Source of the DNA: Candidatus Falkowbacteria bacterium
GTDB lineage: Bacteria > Patescibacteriota > Patescibacteriia > JAACEG01
Direction of reading: 5' to 3'
Length of the DNA: 60,906 bases
Assembly: GCA_018651725.1 (NCBI GenBank)
Contig: JABIDK010000003.1
Coordinates: 1-60,906 of the forward strand
Shown piece after piece: positions 15,676-25,329 of this stretch (its first letter is position 1; each line of letters begins with the position of its first letter). The position numbers were made by a program, and so were the translations under genes. Below the pieces are notes generated by a model. It did no database searches. It saw only the letters and a program-made list of their open reading frames with translations, and was not told the DNA's origin.

Positions 15676-17466
15676 TTAATCCTCCATTACTTTAATATTT
15701 ACCTCTTTTAATTGTTTGTCATGAACTTTGCTTGGGCTGTCCATCATTACATCTCGACCTTGGCCGTCTTTTGGGAAGGCGTAGATATCGCGGATTGAGT
15801 GCCAGTCTTTTAAGACCATTAAAATCCTATCGATGCCCGGGGCGTTTCCGCCGTGTGGTGGAGCGCCGTATTCAAAGGCTCGAAGCATTGCTCCGAACTC
15901 AGCGTCCACTTCTTCTTTAGAGTAACCGGCTATTCTGAAAGCTTCGTACATAATCTCCGGGCTGTGATTTCGAATTGCCCCGGAGGAAACTTCAAAGCCG
16001 TTTAAAATTAAATCGTATTGATAACCTAAAATCTCAAGTGGTTCTTGTTCTTTTAAGGCTTTTAATCCTCCTTGCGGCATTGAAAATGGATTATGAGAAA
16101 AATCAATTCTACCTTGTTCTATCTCTGAATAATCATACATTGGAAAATCAACTACCCAGGCCCAGGCTGCTTTTTTATTATCTTTCAAGCCTAATCTTTT
16201 CCCACATTCATCACGAACAACGCCAAGAGCTTCACACACCACTCTCCATTTATCTGCTCCAAAGAAAATTATATCTCCTTCTTTCGCCTCTACTTCTTTG
16301 ACAATTTGCTCGGCTAAATCATCGCCTAAAAATTTAACTATCGGAGACTGTAATTTGTTATTTTCTTTTACAATGATATAAGCAAGACCTTTAGCTCCTT
16401 TAGCTTGAGCGAGTTCAGTTAATTCATCGATTTCTTTTCTACTGAACTTAGCTCCGCCATCCACCTTAAGAGCTCTGACTACTCCACCATTTTTTACTGC
16501 CCCGGAGAAAACACCAAATCCGCAGTCTTTTACTAATCCGGTAACACTTTTTATCTTTAAATCAAATCGTAAATCAGGCTTATCTGATCCATACACCTCC
16601 ATTGCTTCGCGCCAAGGAATCTGTACGAATCGTTTATTTTTATCCAAATTTATTATTTTCTTTTTACTAAATTTATCTGTCAGCTCTATCATTAACGGCT
16701 CCATAATTTTAAAGACATCTTCTTGTTCCACAAAACTCATCTCCATATCCAATTGATAAAACTCTCCATAATGCCTGTCTACTCTGGGATCTTCATCCCG
16801 AAAACATGGAGCAATTTGAAAATACTTATCAACTCCACCAACCATTAAAAGCTGTTTAAACTGCTGCGGCGCTTGCGGAAGAGCATAAAATTTACCGGGA
16901 TAATATCTGCTTGGAACCAAAAAATCTCTAGCCCCTTCCGGAGAAGAGTTAGCAAGAATTGGGGTTTGAACCTCTGTAAAATCTTTTTTATGAAAATAAT
17001 TTCTAATACAACTCATGAAAGCATCTTTAGTTGTTAACATTTCTTGAATTTTCGGGCGACGTAAATCTATAAATCGATACTTTAATCTAATATGCTCACT
17101 AGCTTCTTGAGCTTTATCTTCATCCAGTTCAAACGGCGGGGTTTTGGATTTATTTAAATATTCAATTTCAAAACACTCTATCTCAATTTCCCCAGTGCTC
17201 ATTTTCTTATTGATCATATCTTTTGGCCTTGCCACAACTTCTCCTTCAACTTTAATAACCCACTCACTTCTAAGCTTGTCAGCTTTTTCCCAAGCTTGTT
17301 TGTTTGCTTCCGGATCAAAAGTAAGTTGTGTCAAACCGTACTTATCACGCAAATCAATAAAAATAATACCACCATGATCACGGCGCCTGTGCACCCAGCC
17401 GGTTAAAATTACTTTCTTTTTAACATTTTTTTTATTTAACTCCCCACAAGTGTGTGTTCTTAACAT
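15676..17466 (-). CDS. aspS: aspartyl-tRNA synthetase (bacterial type with GAD insertion)
   Basis: MLRTHTCGEL start, FRDEDPRVDR, QLDMEMSF, GAPPHGG and GIDR class II motifs. Confidence 0.92.
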   Translation of the reverse strand: MLRTHTCGELNKKNVKKKVILTGWVHRRRDHGGIIFIDLRDKYGLTQLTFDPEANKQAWEKADKLRSEWVIKVEGEVVARPKDMINKKMSTGEIEIECFEIEYLNKSKTPPFELDEDKAQEASEHIRLKYRFIDLRRPKIQEMLTTKDAFMSCIRNYFHKKDFTEVQTPILANSSPEGARDFLVPSRYYPGKFYALPQAPQQFKQLLMVGGVDKYFQIAPCFRDEDPRVDRHYGEFYQLDMEMSFVEQEDVFKIMEPLMIELTDKFSKKKIINLDKNKRFVQIPWREAMEVYGSDKPDLRFDLKIKSVTGLVKDCGFGVFSGAVKNGGVVRALKVDGGAKFSRKEIDELTELAQAKGAKGLAYIIVKENNKLQSPIVKFLGDDLAEQIVKEVEAKEGDIIFFGADKWRVVCEALGVVRDECGKRLGLKDNKKAAWAWVVDFPMYDYSEIEQGRIDFSHNPFSMPQGGLKALKEQEPLEILGYQYDLILNGFEVSSGAIRNHSPEIMYEAFRIAGYSKEEVDAEFGAMLRAFEYGAPPHGGNAPGIDRILMVLKDWHSIRDIYAFPKDGQGRDVMMDSPSKVHDKQLKEVNIKVMED

Positions 17467-17483
17467 AAAAAAATTATTTCAAT

Positions 17484-19529
17484 TTACCCTCTTAGTTGAG
17501 CATTAAACTCTTTTGAAATTTTAGTTACTATTTTATCGGTTATTAAATTTATTTCTTTATCTAGCAAGGTTTTTTTCTTTGATTGTAAAACCAAATGAAA
17601 AGCTATACTTTTTTTGTTGCTAGCCATCCCCTTTCCTTTGTAAACATCAAACAGTTCACATTCTTTAAATAAATCTTTGGAAATTTCTTTAACTCTACTT
17701 TCTATTTGCGCCCACTCCTGATTTTTTTCAACTACAAAGGCAAAATCTCTTGTTACCGACGGGTACTTTGGAATACCACTATAAGATACTACTACTTTTT
17801 TAATTATCTTGTATAAAGCGTCAAAGTTTATCTCTAAAGCAGCGGTTTCTTTTTTTATACCTGCCAGCTCTTTGGCTTTATTTGATACTAATCCTAAGGT
17901 GGCGATTTTTTCTTCTTTATAAGAAATTATCGTTGAAGAGCCTACCTGGTAAGGATCCTTAATATTATCCTTTTTATATTGAATATCGTCTTTGTTGATT
18001 TTTGTTTTTGCTAATAAATATTCCCAAACACCTTTTAACTCATAAAATACATCTTCTTTTTTATCCCCATTAACCAGAAGAGCTAAATTGCTTTGCTCTA
18101 TTGGTAATGATTTTTCTCCTGTTGGAATATATACTTTATTTAATTCAAATAATCTTAATTTAGGAGTTAATGTTTCATTTTTTGAAGCTATATCGATCAT
18201 TGTTGAAGCCATCTCTGTTTTCATGTATTTAAAATCATCTGTTAACGGATTTAAAAGCTCGATTGTATCTTCCGGCCTAACTCCGGCTATTTCAAGTTGC
18301 TTATCGGAAATCATTGAATAGGAAAAAGTCTCCGTAAAGCCCACTCCAACTAAAATATCTTTTATTTTATCCTCCCAAACAAGATTTTCCAAAGGTTTTA
18401 CAGTCGGAATCTCACCACTCGGCAGTTCGCTTGGGATTTTATGATATCCATAAATCCTGGCCACCTCTTCCACTAAATCATAGTCTTCTTTAACATCCTC
18501 TGTTCTAAAATAAGGGACTGTCACTGAAATATAACCGGGTTTTTTTTCGCAAACAAATTCAAGCTTTTCTAAAATTTCCACAATATCGTTATCCGAGATA
18601 GTAACTCCCAGTTTTTTTTCTATTAATTTTGTATTAAATTTTATTTTATTTAATTTAACTTCTTTTTCCAAAGTATCAAAAACAGTTGAAGAAACTTCTC
18701 CTTTAGCCAACTCTTGAATAAGTTGTGCTACTCTTAACAAGGCCGGGTTAGTAGAATAAATATTCAATCCTTTTTCAAATAAAGCCGAGGCATCTGTCCG
18801 AAGATCCAAAAAACGAGCGGTTTTTCGAATTGAATACGGTTCAAAGTTTGCTGATTCTATAACTATTGTTTTTGTTTTTTTAGTTACCTCTGCCTTGATT
18901 CCTCCTTTTACTCCGGCAATGGCGATAGGATTTTTTGCATCAGCGATTACTAGATTACTGTGTGCTAGTTTATATTTACCCCCCCCAAGAGTGGTTATTT
19001 CCTCTTTGTTTTTTGCTTTTCTAATTATAATTATTTTTCCTTCAATTTTATCGTAATCAAAAACATGCGTTGGTTGACCATATTCCAGTAATACATAGTT
19101 AGTAGCATCAACAACATTATTAATTGAGTTCATTCCACTGGCTTCAATTCTTTTTTTAAGCCAATCTGGAGATTCTTTAATCTTAACGTTATCGATCACT
19201 ATGGCCTGATATCTGGGGCAAAGAGTTTTATCTTCAACTTTTAATTTTAAAGACATTTCCTTTTTAATTTTTTGGCTTATCTTTGCTTCCTTGTAAAGAA
19301 ATTCTTTATTTAATATTGCACTTGCTTCTCGAGCTGTGCCGAGAATTGAAGCTGTGTCCGGTCTATTGGGTGTAATTTCCACATCCAATAAATAATCGTC
19401 CAATTTCTTATTATAGTTCCATCGTTCTATGGAAGATCCTGATAAAGAAACCTTTTTAGCGAATTCTTCCGCGCTTAAATTCGTTTTTACATATTCTTTT
19501 ATCCAATTGTATGGTAATGATACATTCAT
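17484..19529 (-). CDS. pheT: phenylalanyl-tRNA synthetase beta subunit, short form lacking the N-terminal OB (tRNA-binding) domain
   Basis: N-terminus NWIKEYV..., then ITPNRPD only ~50 aa in. B3/4, B5 and FDX-ACB-like regions are present. It is 681 aa versus ~800 aa for typical bacterial PheT. Confidence 0.88.
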   Translation of the reverse strand: MNVSLPYNWIKEYVKTNLSAEEFAKKVSLSGSSIERWNYNKKLDDYLLDVEITPNRPDTASILGTAREASAILNKEFLYKEAKISQKIKKEMSLKLKVEDKTLCPRYQAIVIDNVKIKESPDWLKKRIEASGMNSINNVVDATNYVLLEYGQPTHVFDYDKIEGKIIIIRKAKNKEEITTLGGGKYKLAHSNLVIADAKNPIAIAGVKGGIKAEVTKKTKTIVIESANFEPYSIRKTARFLDLRTDASALFEKGLNIYSTNPALLRVAQLIQELAKGEVSSTVFDTLEKEVKLNKIKFNTKLIEKKLGVTISDNDIVEILEKLEFVCEKKPGYISVTVPYFRTEDVKEDYDLVEEVARIYGYHKIPSELPSGEIPTVKPLENLVWEDKIKDILVGVGFTETFSYSMISDKQLEIAGVRPEDTIELLNPLTDDFKYMKTEMASTMIDIASKNETLTPKLRLFELNKVYIPTGEKSLPIEQSNLALLVNGDKKEDVFYELKGVWEYLLAKTKINKDDIQYKKDNIKDPYQVGSSTIISYKEEKIATLGLVSNKAKELAGIKKETAALEINFDALYKIIKKVVVSYSGIPKYPSVTRDFAFVVEKNQEWAQIESRVKEISKDLFKECELFDVYKGKGMASNKKSIAFHLVLQSKKKTLLDKEINLITDKIVTKISKEFNAQLRG

Positions 19530-19532
19530 ATA

Positions 19533-20576
19533 TTAAAACTGCTTTAAAAAACGGATATCGTTTTGATAGATAATTCTAATGTCTTTAATATTAATACCTT
19601 CTTGCATAATTTTATTTCTTTCCACCCCCCAGCCAAAAGCAAAACCGGAATATACTTCAGGATCAATCCCGCCATTTTCCAAAACTTTCGGATGAACCAT
19701 TCCAGCTCCGCCAATCTCTAACCAACCCTCTTTGCATAATCGACATCCTTTTCCATTACACGATCCGCACGAAACATCAATCTCAAAGCTCGGCTCTGTA
19801 AACCTAAAATGATAAGGTCTGATCCTAACTTTTCTTTTTGGACCAAAAAACTCTTTTACAAAATAATCAAGAACCCCTTTCAAGTGAACAATCGTGATAT
19901 CTTTGTCGATCACTAAACCTTCAAATTGATAATGAATAAGAACATGAGAAACATCAAGTTGCCTTCTTGGACACTTTGAAATATTCATCATTCTGATCGG
20001 CATTCTTCCTGTTTCCATTTCTCTTACTTGCCCAGCTGAGGTATGGGGTGTTAAAATTCTTTTTTTGTATTTTGGATCAACATCTTCTTTGTCAATAAAA
20101 AACGTCTCCCATTCATCTCTAGCCGGATGATCTGATGGAAAATTTAAAGCGCCAAAAGCATACCAATCCCACTCTACCTCCGGATATTTAACAGTATAAA
20201 AACCAATCCGCTCAAAAATACGCTTAATCTCTCGAATAGCTTGTGTTGTCAAATGAAGATGACCTTCTTCAATCTTAACTCCCGGAGCCGTTATATCTAT
20301 TTCATCACCAAGGCTGTTACTTTTAATATTTTTTTCCAGTAATTTAACAGACTCGTTTATTTTCTGTTTAATTTCATTGGTTTTCTGGCCGACCTCTTTT
20401 CTATCGTCTTTTGACAAATCTTTTAGCGACCTAAGTATAGCTGTAAACTCTGATTTGCGTGCCAAAAATTTCACCTTAAATTGCTTTAATTCTTCTAAGG
20501 AATTTACGCTCTCAATACTTTTCGCAGCGTCTTCTTCTATTTTATTCAATTGTTGAATCAGTGAATTATTTTTCAT
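19533..20576 (-). CDS. pheS: phenylalanyl-tRNA synthetase alpha subunit
   Basis: HPARDEWETFF, FRFTEPSFE and GAGMVHPKVL class II motifs. The ORF-track start at 20609 is TTG; the first ATG is at 20576. Confidence 0.9.
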   Translation of the reverse strand: MKNNSLIQQLNKIEEDAAKSIESVNSLEELKQFKVKFLARKSEFTAILRSLKDLSKDDRKEVGQKTNEIKQKINESVKLLEKNIKSNSLGDEIDITAPGVKIEEGHLHLTTQAIREIKRIFERIGFYTVKYPEVEWDWYAFGALNFPSDHPARDEWETFFIDKEDVDPKYKKRILTPHTSAGQVREMETGRMPIRMMNISKCPRRQLDVSHVLIHYQFEGLVIDKDITIVHLKGVLDYFVKEFFGPKRKVRIRPYHFRFTEPSFEIDVSCGSCNGKGCRLCKEGWLEIGGAGMVHPKVLENGGIDPEVYSGFAFGWGVERNKIMQEGINIKDIRIIYQNDIRFLKQF

Positions 20577-20647
20577 TTTATTTTTTGATTGTATTAAAGC
20601 ACAATACAAAATTTATTTACTTTAGTCAATTTTATGGAACTACACGC

Positions 20648-21283
20648 TTATAACATCTCTCTTACCCTCTGCATTATTTTTTCCGCAACCATAAAATTAT
20701 CCATTCCTTCTTCAGCCACATCTTGGTAATAAAAAGGTTCTCCTATTTTTACTTTTACTTGGGATTTGCTAGAAAAAAACCTTTTTATATCAAACCTATT
20801 ATCACCGTTAGTACCGTCACTTCCTCTTAACGCTATTGGTATGATCGGCAGATTATATTTCTTGGATAAATATGCAATCCCCTGTCTTGGTTTTGGACCT
20901 TCTTCGCTCTTTCTAAAAGTTCCCTCAGGAAAAATCAACATATGTTTTCCCTTCTTGATAAGTTCTTCTGTTTTGACTAAAGTTTTTTCTAAAGACTCTT
21001 GTTTTCTATAAACCGGGTAAGCTCCTAAAAATTTTACAAAAGGATAACGTTTAAACCACTTCGGCGTAATCATATAACGCAAATTCACTTTTAAAAAACG
21101 AAAAAACGGTATTGAACCGGAAACTAAAAAAGCATCCAAATACCCAAGATGATTGGCAACAATAAAATACTGCTTATTTTTAATAAGCTTAAAATTCTCT
21201 TGACCCTTAACTTCGAATTTAAGAAAAATCTTAAACAAAATAACAAGAGGTATCCAAACTAATTTTTGAAAAAAATAAATCAT
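20648..21283 (-). CDS. plsC: 1-acyl-sn-glycerol-3-phosphate acyltransferase
   Basis: ANHLGYLD (HxxxxD) and FPEGT motifs. Confidence 0.8.
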   Translation of the reverse strand: MIYFFQKLVWIPLVILFKIFLKFEVKGQENFKLIKNKQYFIVANHLGYLDAFLVSGSIPFFRFLKVNLRYMITPKWFKRYPFVKFLGAYPVYRKQESLEKTLVKTEELIKKGKHMLIFPEGTFRKSEEGPKPRQGIAYLSKKYNLPIIPIALRGSDGTNGDNRFDIKRFFSSKSQVKVKIGEPFYYQDVAEEGMDNFMVAEKIMQRVREML

Positions 21284-21837
21284 AAAGTATCAACTAAAAC
21301 AATTTTTTGGTTATCTAAAATTTCGTATAAAAACTTGTCTGTAACATCTTTGCGATATAAAAATTCTGTTTTAGGCATTAGAGTATAGTTAATATTTCTA
21401 TTTAATTCTTTTTCGAAATTTTCTATAATTTTTTGTATTTTGCTTTTATTAATTTTTCCAATAATTAATATATCTACCGGTGAATTTGGACAGTTAACAA
21501 AAATTCCGGTTAGCACTAAATAACAAATATTTCCTGACTTTACAATTTTTTTAACAAGTCCTTTTTTAATAAGTAAGTGCGATTTTAAAATTAAAGATCG
21601 AACTTCGGGATAAAGAACAAAATTTGTGTTCGCTTGAAAATATTTTTTATTTGATTTTTTTTCAGCTTTTTCTAAAATACCAAAAGAAGCCAAATTATCA
21701 ATCTCTCTTCTAATAGAGTTAATCTGGGAATCAAGCAGCCTGGTAAGCTCCCGAATATAATAACTTTTCTCCGGGTTAGCTAAAAATAACCGTAAAAGCT
21801 TTACCCTAATTTTTGAACCGAATAATTGCTCAAGCAT
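21280..21837 (-). CDS. winged-helix (ArsR/MarR-like) DNA-binding protein with an unknown C-terminal domain
   Basis: N-terminal KIRVKLLRLFLANPEKSYYIRELTRLLDSQINSIRREIDNLASFGIL wHTH pattern. ATGA overlap with plsC. Confidence 0.55.
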   Translation of the reverse strand: MLEQLFGSKIRVKLLRLFLANPEKSYYIRELTRLLDSQINSIRREIDNLASFGILEKAEKKSNKKYFQANTNFVLYPEVRSLILKSHLLIKKGLVKKIVKSGNICYLVLTGIFVNCPNSPVDILIIGKINKSKIQKIIENFEKELNRNINYTLMPKTEFLYRKDVTDKFLYEILDNQKIVLVDTL

Positions 21838-21962
21838 AAAATAAAATCATGAATCATGAATAAAATTTTGAATTTTATATTTTTTATAGTATAATTATAA
21901 TATAAAAAATACTTAAACGCAATACTTTTATATAATAGCAATATATAACAAGTCTGTTTTTT

Positions 21963-24059
21963 ATGATTAAAACAAAAAAATTCCTTGTAACTTATCCAAA
22001 AGAAGAAAATATTTGCAAAATCATCATTCCTCAAAGCGAAAACGAAGTAAATACTTTGAAAGGAAAAATTTTTGCTGTGATTAACTGCAAGAAAAATAAC
22101 GAAAATAATGAGCTTATTAATTTTCTGGATCAACAAATAAACAAATACTACAACTCTATCTTCCTGAAATTAAACAGTAGAGAAACAGAAAAATCTTTTG
22201 AGGGTTTTTTGTATAATCTTAACTATAATTTTCAAAACTTATTAGAAGAAAAACAAATATCGATAAATCTTGAAGAAATAAATCTAAGCATCGGGGTTAT
22301 GTCTCTTGATAACTCCGGCTTAAAATATCACTTATATTTTTCTCAAATAGGAGCACTGGAATCTGTCTTAATATATCAAACTAAAAACAATAAAGACAAT
22401 ATAGCCCAAATCAAAGACTCAACCGACGAAGACGGAAAAATAAAACCTACAAAAATCTTTTCCAACATAATCAACGGAAAAATCAAAGTTAACAGCTCTC
22501 TTGTATTTTGTACTGAAAATGTTTTGGATTATTTAAACCTGGATAAATTAAAAGAAGTAGTTGGAAAATTAAATGTAAGTAAGGCTGCGAAACAAACGGA
22601 AAGCTTACTTCTGGAAACAAATGATGAACAAATTTTTGGAGGAGTAATTATTAAAGTACTTCCATCAACAAATATAGTTGAAGAAAAGGGGGAGAAAAAA
22701 GAGCAGAAGAAGAAAGAAGAAAATATTACTGTATTTCAGTATGCTGATAAAAAAGAAAAAGCTACTCAACAAAAAAGTAAACTGCGTTTTTTGACTAAAA
22801 CTGTAAAAATAATGAAATTTTTTCTTGTAAGGTTATTACAGATAATAAAGTTTATTTTGAGCGGGAAAATTTTTAAAAAAACCAAGGAAATAATTAAAAA
22901 TATACTAAAAAAAATTATTGCTTTGCCAAAAAATTACAAAAGCCTGCCTTGGCTTAGAAAAACACTTTTAGTTTGCTCTATTGTTTTAGTAATATTTTTT
23001 ATTGGTAGCATTGTTCAGGTTAAAAATGAAAAAATAAAACAAGAAAATTTTAAGCTCTACCAAACATTGCTTACTCAAATTGACGAGAAAAAAATAGAGC
23101 TGGAATCAAGCTTGATTTACAGTGATCCAAGCAAATCAAGCGCTATTTTACTTAGTCTGGAAAATTTAATTAATAAGTTACCGCAAGACTCTGAAGAACA
23201 AAAAACAAAATTAAAAGAGATAAAAGAACAAATTAAAAAATTATCTTTTAAAACTAAACTAATAGAAGAAATAATCTCTCCCAGAGAGCTGGCTGACTAT
23301 TCAAAAATAAACGGTTCTCAAATTTCAAATATTGTTCAAAGTGAGGATTTTATATATTCTTTAAATCAAAACAATATTTTTTCAAAGTTAAATTTAAGCG
23401 ACCTATCTATAAATAAAATAGATCGTGCTGATATTAATTTGCCTTTGCCAATTTCAATTGCCAGCAACAAAGACACTTTCGTAGTTCTTCATGAAAATAA
23501 TAATCTCTCGAAATTCAACAAAAAAGATAATAAATTTTTTCCGCTGGATATTAAATTTAGAGAAGGGGAAGTATCTTTGGCCGCGGTTACTATGTACGGA
23601 GATAAGCTATATACTCTTGATAAAGCTAACAACCAAATATACAAACATCTTCCATCAGGAGAAAATTTTTCAGTTGGAAAATCTTGGTTAAACGAAGATG
23701 TTGATCTTAAAAAATCATCTTCAATGGCTATCGACGGATCGATCTATATCTTGAACATAGATGGAACCATAATAAATTTATTTAAAGGCAAAAAAAGAAG
23801 CTTCAATTTTAGCAATCAAAGCTCTTTATTAACGGGACCGGAAAAAATATGGACTAACAGTGAGTCAGATTATCTTTATATTTTAGATGTAGCCGGGAAA
23901 AAGGTTGCGGTTATTGATAAAAAAGGAGAGTTAATTATTCAATATTACAGCGAAGATTTTACAGATATCAAAGACTTTACAATCGATGAAAATAACAAAA
24001 AAATCTATTTACTGGCTAATAATAAAGTATTTGAAATAGAAGTAACGCACCTTGATTAA
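21963..24059 (+). CDS. hypothetical single-pass membrane protein with coiled-coil and a C-terminal beta-propeller-like repeat region
   Basis: Complete ATG ORF. TM helix LLVCSIVLVIFFIGSIV near residue 340. The C-terminus has repeated ..Y.LD...N.I.K.. blades. No catalytic motif is recognised. Confidence 0.55.
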   Translation: MIKTKKFLVTYPKEENICKIIIPQSENEVNTLKGKIFAVINCKKNNENNELINFLDQQINKYYNSIFLKLNSRETEKSFEGFLYNLNYNFQNLLEEKQISINLEEINLSIGVMSLDNSGLKYHLYFSQIGALESVLIYQTKNNKDNIAQIKDSTDEDGKIKPTKIFSNIINGKIKVNSSLVFCTENVLDYLNLDKLKEVVGKLNVSKAAKQTESLLLETNDEQIFGGVIIKVLPSTNIVEEKGEKKEQKKKEENITVFQYADKKEKATQQKSKLRFLTKTVKIMKFFLVRLLQIIKFILSGKIFKKTKEIIKNILKKIIALPKNYKSLPWLRKTLLVCSIVLVIFFIGSIVQVKNEKIKQENFKLYQTLLTQIDEKKIELESSLIYSDPSKSSAILLSLENLINKLPQDSEEQKTKLKEIKEQIKKLSFKTKLIEEIISPRELADYSKINGSQISNIVQSEDFIYSLNQNNIFSKLNLSDLSINKIDRADINLPLPISIASNKDTFVVLHENNNLSKFNKKDNKFFPLDIKFREGEVSLAAVTMYGDKLYTLDKANNQIYKHLPSGENFSVGKSWLNEDVDLKKSSSMAIDGSIYILNIDGTIINLFKGKKRSFNFSNQSSLLTGPEKIWTNSESDYLYILDVAGKKVAVIDKKGELIIQYYSEDFTDIKDFTIDENNKKIYLLANNKVFEIEVTHLD

Positions 24060-24071
24060 TTTATAAAAGTT

Positions 24072-24100
24072 AAAAAAGACGCTTTGGCGTCTTTTTTTTG
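24072..24100. terminator. bidirectional rho-independent terminator between convergent genes
   Basis: aaaaaagacgc tttg gcgtctttttttt: a 7-bp stem flanked by an A-run and a T-run. Confidence 0.8.
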
Positions 24101-24108
24101 TTGTGTTA

Positions 24109-24564
24109 TTACCCCTCTTGAAATTTTTTAAACGCTTTATCGTCAAGCCCCGATCTCTTTTTCTCATTAGCCCAATAAAAATTTAATTCTCTTTTTTTTA
24201 TTGAATCGGCGATATTATTAGTGGCTTCATTGGTCAATTTGTAATTATCATTGCCAGCTTCTTTTATATAATCACTATCTTTTAATATCCTTGCCACTTG
24301 CATCATCAAGTCATGCCTAAGATTAAGAGCAATTTCATACCTGTCAAAAACTTTAGAAGAATTAAAATAAGGTCCGTATTTATCTTTACTCTTTTTCCTT
24401 CCAATCATTTCCTGCAAAACTTCCGGGGCTAATTCTTGTGCTAGATTTAAAGAATTTTTTTCATTTTTTTCTTTTTTAAGTAATTTTAAAAGTTCTATTG
24501 CTTTTTCATTTTTCATTTCAGTGTCTCCTTCATTTTGATTCTCAAAGTTTTTTTCTCCTTCCAT
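24109..24564 (-). CDS. hypothetical protein
   Basis: Complete ATG ORF, 4 nt downstream of the translin-like gene. Charged and helical, with no motif. Confidence 0.5.
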   Translation of the reverse strand: MEGEKNFENQNEGDTEMKNEKAIELLKLLKKEKNEKNSLNLAQELAPEVLQEMIGRKKSKDKYGPYFNSSKVFDRYEIALNLRHDLMMQVARILKDSDYIKEAGNDNYKLTNEATNNIADSIKKRELNFYWANEKKRSGLDDKAFKKFQEG

Positions 24565-24568
24565 AAAT

Positions 24569-25150
24569 TTATTTATTTCTTTTTATTTTTATATCGTAAG
24601 CGATATCTTCCATTTTTCGAAGATTATTTTTTGCTTGATCATATTTTACCCGAAGTTGACCCACTAAATCAAATTTAATAAGTTCTTTAATAATTTCTTC
24701 GGTAATTTTTCTAAATCTTTTAATTTCTTTCATTTTTCCGGATGAAACTAAATTAACACTTTTCCTAACAAGCTCGCCGGTTAAATCACAAAGTCCGCCA
24801 AAATAACTTTCGTAGTTGATCTCAATGCCTTTAACTAGGTCTAATTTTTTATTTTCCAGTATAAGCCCAAAAAAATTAGCCTCAATAAATTCTTCTTGGG
24901 CGGCCTTTAACGAACCTTGCTGTAAAAGAGTTTTATCTTTTTTTATAAATCTAGTATCAATACTTTTTAATCCTTTTTCTGCATAAGCTACCAATTTATC
25001 TCCCTCTTTTTTATCACTTCTATGATAGGCAAAAATCGCCTGCTTAGAGGCAGATAAAATATCACTAGTTTCTTTAATAAGCATTCTTCTAGATCTTACA
25101 AAATCACTATGCTTTTCTTTTAAATGACTAAATAATTTTTTGTTAATCAT
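24569..25150 (-). CDS. translin-family-like protein
   Basis: The C-terminal motif YFGGLCDLTGELVRKSV resembles the translin signature (..Y..G..DLTGEL.R). All-helical, ~190 aa, which is the size of the family. Confidence 0.5.
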   Translation of the reverse strand: MINKKLFSHLKEKHSDFVRSRRMLIKETSDILSASKQAIFAYHRSDKKEGDKLVAYAEKGLKSIDTRFIKKDKTLLQQGSLKAAQEEFIEANFFGLILENKKLDLVKGIEINYESYFGGLCDLTGELVRKSVNLVSSGKMKEIKRFRKITEEIIKELIKFDLVGQLRVKYDQAKNNLRKMEDIAYDIKIKRNK

Positions 25151-25205
25151 AAAAATCGAATTATGAATTATGAATTAAGCTTAACATTTCCGTTAAAATA
25201 AGTCC

Positions 25206-25257
25206 AACAAAAATGTTGACAAAATTCGCGGTCGCGAGATTTGTCAACATTTTTGTT
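25206..25257. repeat. 52-nt near-perfect palindrome (18-bp arms plus an inner 5-bp palindrome) carrying TTGACA on both strands
   Basis: aacaaaaatgttgacaaa (25206-25223) and tttgtcaacatttttgtt (25240-25257) flank tcgcg-gt-cgcga. It lies between the rplL terminator and the translin-like gene start. Confidence 0.7.
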
Positions 25258-25271
25258 TATTAAAATAATCA

Positions 25272-25304
25272 CAAAAAAGTCCGCTTTTGTAAAGCGGACT
25301 TTTA
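25272..25304 (-). terminator. rho-independent terminator of rplJ-rplL
   Basis: 10-bp stem agtccgcttt / aaagcggact with a 3-nt loop, followed on the minus strand by tttttt. Confidence 0.85.
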
Positions 25305-25329
25305 AAATTAACTTCTATTTCTTAAAATT

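Noticed and set aside
21801-22136. 111-aa minus-strand ORF overlapping the divergent promoter region and the start of the 698-aa gene
   Set aside because: It overlaps two better-supported genes and the AT-rich promoter spacer. Its composition is typical of random AT-rich frames (F/I/N/K/Y).
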